A stretch of DNA of 64,000 nucleotides from Octopus bimaculoides (GCF_001194135.2 NC_068983.1:146386551-146450550), one strand, 5' to 3'; numbered from the stretch's first letter, positions 13,817 through 26,349 are shown. The notes: generated by a model from the letters alone, not told the origin. A program made the numbers and translations.

Positions 13817-15286
13817 CTGGAAAAAAGAGAAAAAAGATTGGAATATGAATATATTTACTGAAAGATAAGGATATTATATGTCACTTCATGAATTGTAAAA
13901 TATGGGGAAAAAATAGTTTGTAAGTATTTCAGTGTATGTGCCTAATCTAGAACGTTGCATTTATTCTGGAAGTTTTATAGATATTTTGAATAAAATCAGT
14001 GGTTCAAATACGGAATTCTGCTAGCAAACACTTGCTTACTGTTGATGTATCTAAAACATAGTAATACAATGAAATACAATGAAAATAATTTTAATCATAT
14101 GACACAAACTTGAAGAGGATCTACTGTTAGGCAAAGAAATGGTATGGAGCAAGTATAGCACCAACTGGTAATATTTGCATCTGCAAGTTGTTTGCAAAAA
14201 AAATTTGGCATGTGCTCAAATATATGAAGAGCATGAAAGTACCATATAACCAAGCAGTCCATACCTTGTAACTGTCACTGACTATGTTGTATCTCTGACC
14301 AAGACAAGTAACTCTCAAATAACAAAGACCATGAAGTCATGAATAGGAAATGCTAGATAAAAGCCACTTGCTGCAATAAGCAGTGACTGCAATAAAGAGA
14401 ACTAACAAAAGTTTTAGAAGTTTGCAGTGTTGCAGCTAGACTAATATACTTTAGATACATTACATGGAAACTGAATTTTTTGAGGTATCTCAAGAATGAA
14501 TTCAGTCATGTGACTCACTAGTTACTATATAGCAAGGGTTTTCCACAGAAAAGACGAGTGAGCTTATGTCCAATTTCATACAAAATCTTGTATTTATCTT
14601 CCAAACATTAATATTATATATTTAGAATTTTAAGGAATACTGAGATCAACCTATATCTGAAAAATACTTTTTCTCAGGACATATATAGTACATAAAGATA
14701 TTAATAGATTTTGAAATATTAATGTTGTTGCAAGGAACATACTTGCACAACTAATCTTGAGATGCCCTTTGCTATTAGTTTATATATTTACTTAACATAA
14801 GTCCGTAAAAATTGTTCAAAACAGAATAAGCAGCACAAGCCATTTAAGAGAATTTCCTTGGTAACCTTAAGTATATAGATTGCTTACAACCACATTTAAT
14901 TTCACATGGGTAATTTTTCCAATATTTATGAAAAGTAAATGTTTTAATAATTCTTTTGATTCTCATATCTTAATGTATAATTGCATTCATATTTTCTGTT
15001 AATCTTAAGAATATATTTTGTCATGTGTTGCATTATATATTATACAGTATATTCTCTAAAAAAAAAAAAAAATTCTTGCATTTAAATAGCATCTATTCTG
15101 CAAGTTTTATAGAAATTTTGAATAAAATCAAAGCTTTGAGAAGTGTTTATTTTTCAATGTTTTAGAAATTTGCAAGGCTTATGGAGTTGTAAGGGGAAAT
15201 AAGTGATGCAGCTTAAAGAGTTAAATACTTGTTATAACAGACAACCTAATTTATCAAAAATACATCTATATATTAATACAATAGTT

Positions 15287-15840
15287 GGATCTTTTTTAAA
15301 ACGAGGGCCACATTTTTCATTAATGTTTTACGTAGTGTTTTTGGTACCGAAAGACTTTCAAACTTCGTATACTTATCTATTTTGTGTTATAGAACAGAAA
15401 AATATTTTTGTATTCGAATTTATTTCATGTAAAAAATTGTCTTATTTCGATAATTTCAACCAATCACTGACGTCCATTCAGCCGATATACATTAAGTGCC
15501 GACTACATAAACAAACGATTCTTCGTTTTATTTGCTTTTTTCATTTTAAATTTGCTTTAACCCTAATCCTAACCCTAGGGTTAGGGTTAGGGTTAGGGTT
15601 AATTGTTTCAGAATCGTTTGTTTATGTAGTCGGCACTTAATGTATATCGGCTGAATGGACGTCAGTGATTGGTTGAAATTACAGAAATACGACAACTTTA
15701 ACATGGAATAATTTATGGATTTCTTTTTTTTTTAAGAAGACTAAGAGAAAAAGATGTTTTATATGACACATTCTACCAGTGTTCCGAGTTTCAAAGTGTT
15801 TCGTTAATGAAAAATGTGGCCCCCGTTTTAAAAAAGATCC
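15287..15840 (+). mobile_element. Telomere-repeat MITE, copy 1 (PDCD10 intron)
   Basis: 39-bp TIRs GGATCTTTTTTAAAACG(A/G)GGGCCACATTTTTCATTAA(T/C)G, perfect 8-bp TSD CAATAGTT, internal perfect 72-bp inverted repeat (15451-15522 / 15610-15681), core (TAACCC)3-(TTAGGG)4 at 15558-15601. Confidence 0.93.
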
Positions 15841-17169
15841 CAATAGTTCTTTATTTTCTATTGACATTTTGAGTAATACTCTAGAATCCTTTTGAAAAAT
15901 GAAACTTTTTACTTACAAAAAAGTTTACACTTTTATCTTGGCAGATTTGAACTCAGCACATAAACAACTGGAATAAATACTGCAAAGCATTTTTTCCAGT
16001 ATTGTAATGATTCTGCTTGTTTTCTATCTCAAATAATAATCTATACATTAATTAATATAACGGTATCTTCCTACCTTTCGGGTCATAATCCAGAAATTTT
16101 ATTTGAAAGAAGAAACTTATAACTTAGAGAAAAGTGACGTTAAAAGATGATGATGATGATGATGATGATGTTTAATGCCACTTCATTTAAATGAAATATT
16201 GCAATAAATTATAGACGTAATAAGTGAAAGGAAATACAAGAAAATAATATTTTTATATTATTACTGAGGAAAATTTAATCAGTTGTGTCCATTATGTTCC
16301 TATGTGTACTTTAATTTAAAGGATAATCATTAATGAAGAAAGTAAATATTGAACTTGTTTAATCAACAGACCTTGTAAGCTGATAAGGATTATATTTTTA
16401 CAAGGAACAGTATTAATAAATAAGTTGTGTTCATGTAGTTATATCCATGAGCAAATCTATGGGATTTTTACAAGTTTCATTAGTATAAAGTAATGCAAGA
16501 AGAATCATTATTTGTTAACCTACATAAACTAGCTCATTCAGATTCCTCTACTTCATATTTTAATACCTCGCCACACAGAATAGAAATCAGAAGATGTTCA
16601 GATAAGCAACTGTGTTTTCCAACCTAGCACACATCTAAAACCTCTTTTGCAGCACAAATTATAATTACTTAATTATTTCATTTCATTATGTATGTAAACA
16701 CAGTTTCATCTTCTATGCCGTATGTTTAGAGAAAAAAACTTAAGATCCCTTCGCTCAACCCAACTCTCCCTCTTTCTCCCTTCTCCCTCTCTTTCACGCT
16801 CATTTATTATTGTAATTTATTCATTCATTTATCTAATTTTGTCACAGTTTGGTTTGACCGAAAACTGTTGGTTATAGCTCTAGTCAAGAATTCAAATGCC
16901 CAATTCTATCTCATTATTATCATTAATATTTTCTCACACCAGCAGCCTGAGTTTTTGTTGTTTCGCAGTGCACCTGCCCTTCCCACCCCCCACCACATGT
17001 ACTGGAAATCTCTACCCTCTGACCTCTATTGGACATCTCTCCCACGAACACCTCCAAAGGCTTAATGTTCCCACAACCCTACTTAGAGTTCATCTCCTAT
17101 GTAATGTAGTGATTATGTAGCGCATAAAATGATGGTGTAGGGTATGCAGGTTGAAGGCTATTGTATGTT

Positions 17170-18495
17170 TATGAGTTCTGCCAAATGCAAGCATTCTTTT
17201 CACATACATGATGCTGCTGTCTCCTATCCCAGGGTCTCACAGGCCCCACACCCTCAGAGTTGGCACACTGAAACGTAGGTCTGGTGAGATTGTTGAGATG
17301 CTTGGATGGAAATGTGTAGATTTGTGCTGCATCCAAGAAGTAAGGTGGAAAGGAAGTTCTGCTAGAACTCCTACCTCTGCTGGTGACAAAGGGCCTCTTG
17401 CTCAGTGTAAAAGGTAAACTGTGTGATGCATGTGTGCGAAGAGCCATACTACGCGGCAGTGAAACATGGGCCATGACTGCTGAGGATATGTGTATGCTTG
17501 CAAAGAATGACGCTAGTATGTGTAATGTCAGTGTGCATACATGACAGAGTGTCAGCACTCTGAGAGAAAAGTTGGGCCTAAGAAGCATCAGATGTGGTGT
17601 GTAAGAGAGATGATTGTGATGATGTGGTCATGTGTTGCATAAGGATGAGGATAGCTGTGTGAAAAAGAGTCACACCCTAGTAGTAGGGGGAATCTGTGGA
17701 AGAGGTAGACCTGGGATGAGGTGGTGAAGCATGACTTTCGAACATTGGGTCTCATGGAGGCAATGACAAGTGACTGAGACCTTCAGAGATATGCTGTGCT
17801 TGAGAAGACCCAGTAAGCCAAATGAGACCGTAACCATGGCTTATGCCAGTGCAGCATAACTGGCCCATTTAATCTTCAATCACTGGGCAATCGACTGTAC
17901 TTGTGAAGGCCTGTTGAGCCAAATGAAGTCATTGTCATGACTGATAACAGTACCGCCTGATTGACACCTGTGCTGGTGGCATGTAAAAAGCACCATTCGA
18001 GCGTAGCCAATACCAGCGCCACCTGACTGATCCTGTGCTGGTGGCATATAAAAAGCACCATTCAAGCATGGTCGTTACCAGTGCCTCCTGACTGGCTCCC
18101 ATGCTGGTGGCATGTAAAAAGCAACATTCTAGCGTGGTCGATGCCAGTGCCGGCTGACTGATCCCGTACTGGTGGCATGTAAAAAGCACCATTCGAGCGT
18201 GGTTGTTGCCAGTGCTGCCTGATTGGCTCCCATTCCAATGACATGTAAAATGCATCATTCAAGCATAGTCGATGCCAGTACTGCCTGACTGGCCCTTGTG
18301 CCAGTGGCACGTAAACAGCACCCACTACACTCTCAGAGTGGTTGGCGTTAGAAAGGATATCCAGCTGTAGAAACTTTGCCAGATCAGATCGAAGCCTAGT
18401 GCAGCCTTCTGTCTTGCCAGCCCCCAATCAAACTGTCCAACCCATGCCAGCATGGAAAGCAGGCATTAAATGACAACGATGATGATGATGATGAT
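17170..18495 (+). mobile_element. Internally deleted RTE derivative (endonuclease N-terminus fused to ORF C-terminus and 3' UTR)
   Basis: HTLRVGTL..RRSGEIVEMLG..VDLCCIQEVRWKG joins directly to the LLVTKGL...ETWAMTAEDM region; then four to five ~65-66 bp subrepeats and a (GAT)n tail. Confidence 0.85.
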
Positions 18496-18513
18496 TTTCA
18501 AAAAGTAACTTAC

Positions 18514-18640
18514 TTTATAGCTTCCAGGAATAGTTTTCTGTCATATATTTGGTCAGGAATTTTACTAAGGATCTTTTTCAAATCAATTGCTCTTTGATTA
18601 AATTCCTGGAATCTTGGTTCTGGACGGGTTATTTTGAACT
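18514..18640 (-). CDS. PDCD10: PDCD10 coding exon 4 ([13 protein letters not shown]...[17 protein letters not shown])
   Basis: TTTTCATAG| acceptor, AA|GTAAGT donor, 127 nt. RPEP and LSKIPD motifs. Confidence 0.97.
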
Positions 18641-20241
18641 CTATGAAAAGAAACATCAGAAAATAAAATAACCAAGATGAAAAAACAAAAAAATTAGAAA
18701 AGGGAAAAGAAAGAAAAATGGAAAAATTATACTAAATACAATAAGATCAGTATGAATTCTTGCAGGTTTGCAGTTTTTAAAAAAATAACAAAATAAAAAC
18801 AAAGAGTTCCAGTTTTGAGGAAGGAAGATTACAAATAGTACGTAGCATGAGGGTGGGGTTGGGTTAAAACAGAGTGGGTGATAAGAAAAGAATTTAATTG
18901 GATTAGTTTAGCTTCATGTGGCATATAATCAACAGATTCAGAAGAGCAGACACCAACAGAAAATAAAATATAAAAGACCTGACTTCAATTAATTTTTCTT
19001 ACATCTGTGTTGTTAGCATATTTTATATGAGTGTTCAAAGGAACATAAACTGAAAAATTATAACTTGTTTTTTTTTTTGAATAACCAAGTTCTGTTTTAT
19101 TGTCAATTTCAAAGCAACCATCTTCTGCATGAAATATGCTTTGTAAAGATACCTTGACTACAAAGGTCTTTTTTTTTTTTACTGTATATTTATTTACTTT
19201 TTAGCTTGTAATAAGATTTTTTTTAACTATTTAAGTTGGTATTAACATATTTAATGCAGTGAGGAAAAGATAGCTTAATTTCTAGTATTATTTTAATCAC
19301 TTCAGCAAATGGGATACAACTCCAGACATACTTCCGTCTTATTAGACCTCCTCAGTAAAGTATAGACATTCACCCTAATTACCAAAGTAGCGAAGAGAGA
19401 ATTTCTAAGTAGATATATGATATTAGGTAACTCCCATACCTAAAAAAAAATAGATGTATCACATTCTTAATCTTTTTTCTTCACAACATAATTATTTTAC
19501 AAACCTTATGATATATAAAATATACTAAATAGGTTTTAAATAAAGATGGCATCCCTAAATAATTTTTCCTTGGTGATTTATTTTTAAAGTATTCAGGAAG
19601 AAAGTTTATCTGAGTCCTGTTTCAAGTTTCTGCTACTTGAATTTGCTTCACTGATGTTTGAACAATAAATAATGAGTGTAGCTTGGATGAATGGGTAAAA
19701 AAGTTCACTGTGCAATCAATGAGGTCCATGGTATCTCGAGCAAGAGTCATTTACCATAGCTTTGGACTGACTCAAGAAGCTTTGTATGTGAAATTGCATA
19801 GATAGAAACTGACTATCAGATGGATTGGATTTTACCTACAACACCATGTAACAGGATTTTTGTTCTTGGATAACAACTGTTATTTCCTATTTGCTTGTCC
19901 CTAGAAAGTATGAAAAATGGCTAATATCTCCTTCAAACTTTGCTTTTGTTATATTTATTCAAACCCCCCAAAATCCCTCTCAACACATGGCTATGATGTT
20001 CCTCCACTACTCCTGCTCATGATCAGAAATGCACATATTTCAGCCATAAAGGGACATGCTCAAGTGGTTACAGTCAAGCAACTGACAAGGAAATCTGTGG
20101 TATTGAGCAGAATATTTGCTATAATGATATTCCTGCTTCAGCACTGAATCTGTCTGAAAGGTAATGGAAAATAGGTCTGTTTAAAAACATTGATGTTCAG
20201 TATTATTCTATATTTTTGAGATGAGGAATTATGTACATTAT

Positions 20242-20503
20242 TTACAATGGACAGACAGGTGTCCTCATCTTGTCTGTTGTTATCACAACATTTCAACTGA
20301 TGCACTCTCCAACCTTCATCAGGCGTTCTCGTGGAATTTTGAATCCATCCCTTTAATTGACTAATGGGGTGCACTGTTCTCATTCCTAAGGTATGTTGCT
20401 AATGTTATTTTTCTGTGGATATTATTTTTCAAGTCCCTACCTGGGATTAAACTTAGAATCCAAGGGTTAGTAGCCTGTGCTCTTATCCACTACACTATAT
20501 GCC
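20242..20503 (-). mobile_element. tRNA-headed SINE with hammerhead-like body
   Basis: Minus strand: A-box-like TAGTGTAGTGG and decayed B-box GTTTAATCC (20503-20428), followed by a body containing CTGATGA-stem-GAAA. An inverted body copy lies at 20618-20784. Confidence 0.65.
20281..20330 (-). ncRNA. Decayed minimal type I hammerhead ribozyme motif (copy A)
   Basis: GAGAACGC-CTGATGA-A-GGTTG-GAGAGTGCAT-CAGTT-GAAA-TGT-T-GTGATA: both conserved core boxes intact; stems carry C>T changes. Confidence 0.55.
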
Positions 20504-20692
20504 CACAGGCAATCTAAATTTAATCCCAGGCAGGGACTTGATAAAATAATATCAACAAAATCATGGTGGTGCATCAGCATGGCCACAGCTCTAAGCTGAA
20601 ACTTAAAAAAAAAAAAAATTAGTAACATATCTTAGGAATGAGAACAATGTACTCCATTAGTCAAATAAAGGGTTGGGTTGAAAATTCCACCA

Positions 20693-20740
20693 GAACACCT
20701 GATGGAGGCTGGAGAGTACATCAGCCGAGACATTGTGATA
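20693..20740 (+). ncRNA. Decayed minimal type I hammerhead ribozyme motif (copy B)
   Basis: GAACAC-CTGATGG-A-GGCTG-GAGAGTACAT-CAGCC-GAGA-CAT-T-GTGAT: stem II perfect (GGCTG/CAGCC); A>G changes in both core boxes. Confidence 0.5.
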
Positions 20741-20920
20741 ACAACAAACAAGATGAGGACACCTATCCGTCCATTGTAAATAATTGATGTTCAGGTCACA
20801 AAAGCAAAGTTTGAAGGGAATATTAGTCATTCGTTTTGATTTCTAAATAGAAGCCAATAAGAAATATCACTTATTGATCACAGACAAAATAAATAAAAAC
20901 TTTGTTACACAGTGTAATTT

Positions 20921-21110
20921 AACTCTTTAGCATTCAGATTACTTTGTAAAATACTTATTCATTCACAGCGTTTTGAATTAATTGTAAGTTGAAGATGTGA
21001 TTGTTCATTTTTAGAATGATATTGTAGAAGAGGTGTGACAGGCTGGACCTGACTAGTTTGAATGTAAAACAGGTAGAATATTTGGGCTTGATATGGCCAG
21101 TTAGCTCCAC
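20921..21110 (+). mobile_element. Partial TTAA-type (piggyBac-like) MITE
   Basis: Begins TTAACTCTTTAGCATTCAGATTACT, resembling a TTAACCCT terminus; right end not found. Confidence 0.3.
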
Positions 21111-21233
21111 TCCTAGAATCTAGAAGATTTTTAAAAGCAAGTGTACTATCTTCTTTTTACCAATATTTATCCAAACTGTGCATCCATGAACATAAAAATA
21201 CAGGCTACAGACTAAAACAAAATATATAGTTAC

Positions 21234-21360
21234 CTTCAAAGTCATTCAATCCTTCCAGCTTGAGTAGGGTTTCACACATCTCTATTTTATTATAAATTTC
21301 AGATTTTATTAATAAGGCTTTAACAAAGTCAAAAGCAAACCCTTTATACACAGCTTCCAC
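21234..21360 (-). CDS. PDCD10: PDCD10 coding exon 3 (VEAVYKGF...LLKLEGLNDFE)
   Basis: CTCTTTCAG| acceptor, G|GTAACT donor, 127 nt, phase 0 to 1, keeps frame. ETLLKL aligns to human ESLLRM. Confidence 0.9.
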
Positions 21361-22043
21361 CTGAAAGAGAACAGAGATGGTAATTATTATTCAATAGAAT
21401 GTGCATACACACACACACACACACACAACACAAAATTAATTAACAATATTTAATAAGACTTATTCTAAATTGAAAAAAACCCCAGCAATTGTGTAATCTG
21501 GGTTTGATCTGTACCAACATGTTATATATAGCTAGAAGACATGGTGTGCATGTCTGTGTGTATATCCTTTTTATTACCATCATTTTAACATCCATTTTTA
21601 TATGCTTGCATGGGTCAAAGTGAGCTTAATGAAGCAGATTTTCTACAGCTAGATGTCCTTCTTGTCACTTGCCTGTTTCCAAGCAAGATAACATTTCCCC
21701 ATGGCCAGACATGTTCTTGCAGAACATTGTAAATGAATAACTACTTGTATGACAGCGACACTCATTTACAACTGTCATATTATGTCAAGACAAGAAGACA
21801 CAAGCACAGACTTTCACACACACACACACACACATACATGTACACATACACACACGTGACAAGCTTCTTTCAGTTTCTGCCTATGAAATCTATTCACAAG
21901 GCTTTGGTTGGCCAAACACTTGCCCAAGGGACTGAATTCGAATCTATGTGGTTGGGACCAAATTTCTTAACCACACAACCACCATTTGCTATGCCTGAAC
22001 CTATTATATATACACTCGCACATACATGTATACATATGTGCAC

Positions 22044-22731
22044 TAAGTTTGAATCCATAATGTATAAAGATGGAGTTGTCTCGTATACGTGTTTTCAGTA
22101 TATATTAAAGCTACATAATTATGCATTCTTTAGTAATCCTGCTGATGAGCTACAGATGTCAAATTAATTTATTTGGTCATTAATAGCAAAACTTGAGTAC
22201 AGAATTAACTAATATTTTTTCATTTTGTTCACTCTAATGCCATTAACAGCGTACCTTTCGAAATTCTTTTATCATGGTTTGGGTTTAACTACCCTTTTTA
22301 GCATGTGAGAAGTCCTGTCAAGGGTCTATTCTCTGTGCGTAAATTTTTATACACTCTTATATGTAAAAATACGTTATGTCTTATGACTTTTATTACACAT
22401 GCGAACCACTGGCAATAAACTATTTTAATTTTTTACCCTCATATTTACACAGTAAAATTTTCCAATTGTGAAGCCACATAGTACACAGTTTAAATTTATT
22501 TACTGCTGGACTATTTGAATACACTCACCCAATAAGTTTGAATCCATTATGCATAAAGATGGAGCTGTTTTGTGCATGTGTTTTCGATACGTATTAAAGC
22601 TACATAATTATGCATTTTTTAACAATCTTGCTGACAAGCTATGGATGCCAAATTAATTTACTTGGTCATTAATAGCGCATCTTGAGTACAGGATTAACTC
22701 TAGTGCCATTAACAACATAGCTTTATGAATT
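22044..22731 (+). repeat. Diverged direct repeat, ~200-bp units 489 bp apart
   Basis: TAAGTTTGAATCCAT...AAAGCTACATAATTATGCATT...CTTGAGTACAG at 22044-22266 and 22533-22731. Confidence 0.8.
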
Positions 22732-23864
22732 TATGTATTTGATCACTATAAACAAATTATTTGTGCAGATTGTTCAGCAAGAAATTGCAGGACTGGCTTT
22801 CTCAGACTGTAAGAGAGTACCATATGTATATTACTATACTGCTGCTATACTATATTTCTCCCTTTGTGCACTGCTACTCATCATCTCTCCCTATCATTTA
22901 TGTATCATTGGTCATTCCCACCCCTTGTCCATCATTCATTACATGCATCTGTCAGCCCTATCCAATTTCTATCAATGCTACCTACCTTCCCTACTAATTC
23001 CGTAACAATTGGTCTTCATTATATTCTCCCTCTCACCCATTTCTATCTCTAACCCTCTCTCACTCTCCCATCCTCTATCCATCCAAACAATCTGTTCTCC
23101 CACTCACTTTTACTTAACTCATATGTTGAGGGTTCACTCTGACATCTCACCACTATTATTTCCTGTTCCACCCTTTCTTCTACAATGTAAACAGCCATAT
23201 AACTCCTCTACAGCAAGAAGCATGTTCTCTTCTGATCCCTTCTCTCACACTTAAATCTTTATCTGATAGTGTAAAGCTGCCTCCCTCTCTACTGAAACTT
23301 CATTCGGTCAATGCGGATTTTAATCTGGTAAGCTGCATAGCTATCTAAGTAGTGCTGGTGCCATGAAAAAAGCACCCAGTATATGTTAAGTGGTTAGCAT
23401 TAGGAAAGGCATCCAGCTGTAGAAATCATGCCAAAGTAGATACTGGCACACAAAACAGTTTACAGATCTGTCAGATATTGTCAAACTGTCTAACCCAAGC
23501 CAGCATGGAACGTGGATGCTAAATGAAAATAAATATATACACACATACATATCAATCTCTCAAAGATTTATAGAAACAATTCCAAACATGAAAGCAAAAC
23601 CTAGGAGTAAGAGACCACAAAATAAACTCAGCGAAGACTAAAATCTTTTAGTAGGAAGAACAAAGACAGAACCCAACAGCTATCAGGAAAATGTGCTAAC
23701 TACACAGATGAGAAGGTAAGAATCCTATGAATTGTATATAGCGCAAACTGCGAGTGTACAAGATATAGTAGAATCACAAGCAGAATAAAAGAGAAAGAAG
23801 ACTTTATGTGATAGATGCAGTAAAAGAACACATGAAAGAGATTCCCTCAAATGTCTGGAAGGCT

Positions 23865-24480
23865 CCTTAGAAATAGCTGATAGCTTCTGTTACTTAGGTG
23901 ATCTAATTAACAATGGGGGTAAGTATTCTGAAAGCATAGTTGTCAGAGAAAGAAGAGGGTGGAAAGAGTTCAGGGAGTTATTATCTCTGCTGACAATAAG
24001 GAATTTCTCTCTTAGAGTGAAGGGCAGATTGTATGATGCTTGTATTTGAAGTGTGATGCTGCACGGTAGGGAGATGTAAGCCTTAAATATTGAAAATCTA
24101 AGGTAACTGGAAAGAAATGAGCTGAACATGCTCTGCCAGATGTGGAATATTACTGTCTATGGATGATAGAGCACAAAAGAACTGAGAGAAATGTTAGATG
24201 TAAGAAGAATCAGATAGTGTGCAAGAGAGAAGACTGTGTTGGCACAAGCACATGACGTGTATGGACAATCAGTTGTATAAAGTAGTGTCCAGTACTCCAA
24301 GTGGATGAAATCTGGTGAAACAGAAAACCAAAGAAGACACAGGATGAAGTGGTGAAGATAGATTTAAAGAAGTTGAATTTGACAAAAGATAACAAAAGAC
24401 TGCAACAAGTTGCACAGTGCTGTACAGGAGAAGGCCAACCCAACCTATGCAAACATGGCAAAATGGGCACCAAAAATTAT
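23865..24480 (+). mobile_element. Old RTE LINE fragment
   Basis: Degenerate VDSFCYLGD, SLRVKGRLYDAC, MLHG.E and RPKKTWDEVVK-like segments. Confidence 0.7.
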
Positions 24481-25784
24481 GCTAGTAATGGATGCTGAGA
24501 AGTATATTTGGATCTCTCTAACATAACATGTTCATTTTACGTCTGTCTATTGCTCTCCTCTCTTTGATATTCCCTAACCATCACTCACTTTCTCTCCTAT
24601 CACTCTGTGTCTCTATTATTACCTCATCTCTCTCGTCATGTCACCAGTGTAGTAAGGGATGTTACCAGAACTGTCCATATCCCACAACCACTCCAAACCT
24701 TTACTGCTAGCCTTACACATTGTCACCTGTCACTCCTTCTACTATTACTCATTATTAGCCTTTATAACTCCCCCCTCTCTTTTTCTCTCTCTCGCTCATT
24801 GCTGACATGTTCCACAATCTCTCACTTCATTACTCTCTTTTCTATCACCCTGTTTCCCTCCTATCACTCTCTCTTCCCCAATCACATGGCTCATGCTGTT
24901 CAATCTCCTAGCAACCAACATACAGCTAATATCCTGCTCTCTTCCATTAATTTCTCCTCTAACACCCTCTTGTTCCTATTACTCTAATCTCCTCTCTAAC
25001 TTTCTTGCCTTTGTCTTTTCTCTTTCAACACCCTCATTTATCACCCTTTTGGCCATTTGCCTTGAATGAGCTGAAACAATGTAGGGTAGAAAGAACTCTT
25101 TAATCTTTCTGGGGACATGTCAAACTCTCTAGTAGAAGAATAAAATGCATTTCATATACTCCCTTAAGTGGCTGACAGAAAGAGTCAATATAGGGAAAAA
25201 GAGATGTTCTCTAGTGCTAGTATGATGATAACATGCACCTATAACAGTCTGTAAAGTGTAATCATTAGAAGGAGCATCCAGTTGTAAAAACCATACTAAA
25301 AATGTAAAATAGGAGTGAGATATAGTCTCTAAGTAATTTAGGATAATAATTTCTTATAAGAACTGATTTCAACTGTAACATTTCCTACACTTGCCAATAT
25401 GGAAAAGTAGACATATGTTGATGCTGATGAAGGCAAATTACAGACAAAGCAAGAACATAGTATGGAGTCAAAATTGTCGGAATCTAGATGTTGAATGACT
25501 TATGGTGCAGATTCAACAGAAAGGTGATAGAGTAATGTAACAATTGACAACAACAAAAGGATTACAGACTGGAGAGATCTGGAGGGCATTATGTAAAATT
25601 TAGATCAATTGTAATAACAACTGGAGAGAATCAATTTTACAGACTTGTTCAAGTATAATTATAAACTAAAACTACTTGATTTTGAAACAGTTCAAGATAA
25701 TTCATAAAAGCACTTTTCGAAGAATATATACAAACTACTATGGCATTGTAAGCAACAAAAACAGAAACGAAGTGATATAAATAC

Positions 25785-25838
25785 CTTGCAAAAGGCTGCT
25801 CTCAGAGTCTGTGCTGCTGCCATATCTTCCTGCTCAAG
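25785..25838 (-). CDS. PDCD10: PDCD10 coding exon 2 (LEQEDMAAAQTLRAAFCK)
   Basis: CCTCCTTAG| acceptor, |GTATTT donor, 54 nt, matches human LERVNLSAAQTLRAAFIK. Confidence 0.96.
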
Positions 25839-26349
25839 CTAAGGAGGGGAAAAGGATAAAACTGTTACACATATTTTTCAACAAACAATATTTTATATGT
25901 TGTTTTAAAGAAGCAAAACAATGTTTATAGTATTATAGATGATAACTGAATAAAATGTAGACAAACAATAACTCAGTGGAAAAATATTTTTAATTAGCTC
26001 TTAGAAACGAATTCATGAAAAACGTTAAGAGTGTGTATCTATAATCACTTTACGCCTACTCAGACAGGCAATTAAGTGTTCAATATAAAGGATCAAATAT
26101 ATAAAGGCGAATACGTATTTTCTATACCTTGTGGTATTTCATCATGGCTGGTCATGGGTGGCACATAAAATACACCATTTTGAGCGTGGCCGTTGCCAGT
26201 ACCGCCTGACTGGCCTTCGTAGGATTTTCGAGCAAGATCGTTGCCAGTGCACAGCCTACCACAGTTGCATGTGCCAATTATAGATCTCTTTCTAAAACAA
26301 TTTTCTTTTAGATATAAAACAAAGTTAGATAATATATTTTGTCTTTTAT

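Noticed and set aside
15203-15640. ORFs 15203-15640, 45974-46162 and 57731-58108 sharing a 'protein' with LTLTL/GLGLG runs
   Set aside because: They are chance translations of the telomeric MITE; the low-complexity runs are the TTAGGG repeats.
20428-20503. Functional tRNA gene
   Set aside because: B-box is decayed, there is no clean acceptor stem, and it is joined to a repeat body; treated as a SINE head.
23268-23325. Further hammerhead-like strings (CTGATAG...GAAAC...GTC here; CTGAAGA at ~60908; CGATGAG at ~32938)
   Set aside because: Core boxes are incomplete and stems I/II do not pair convincingly.
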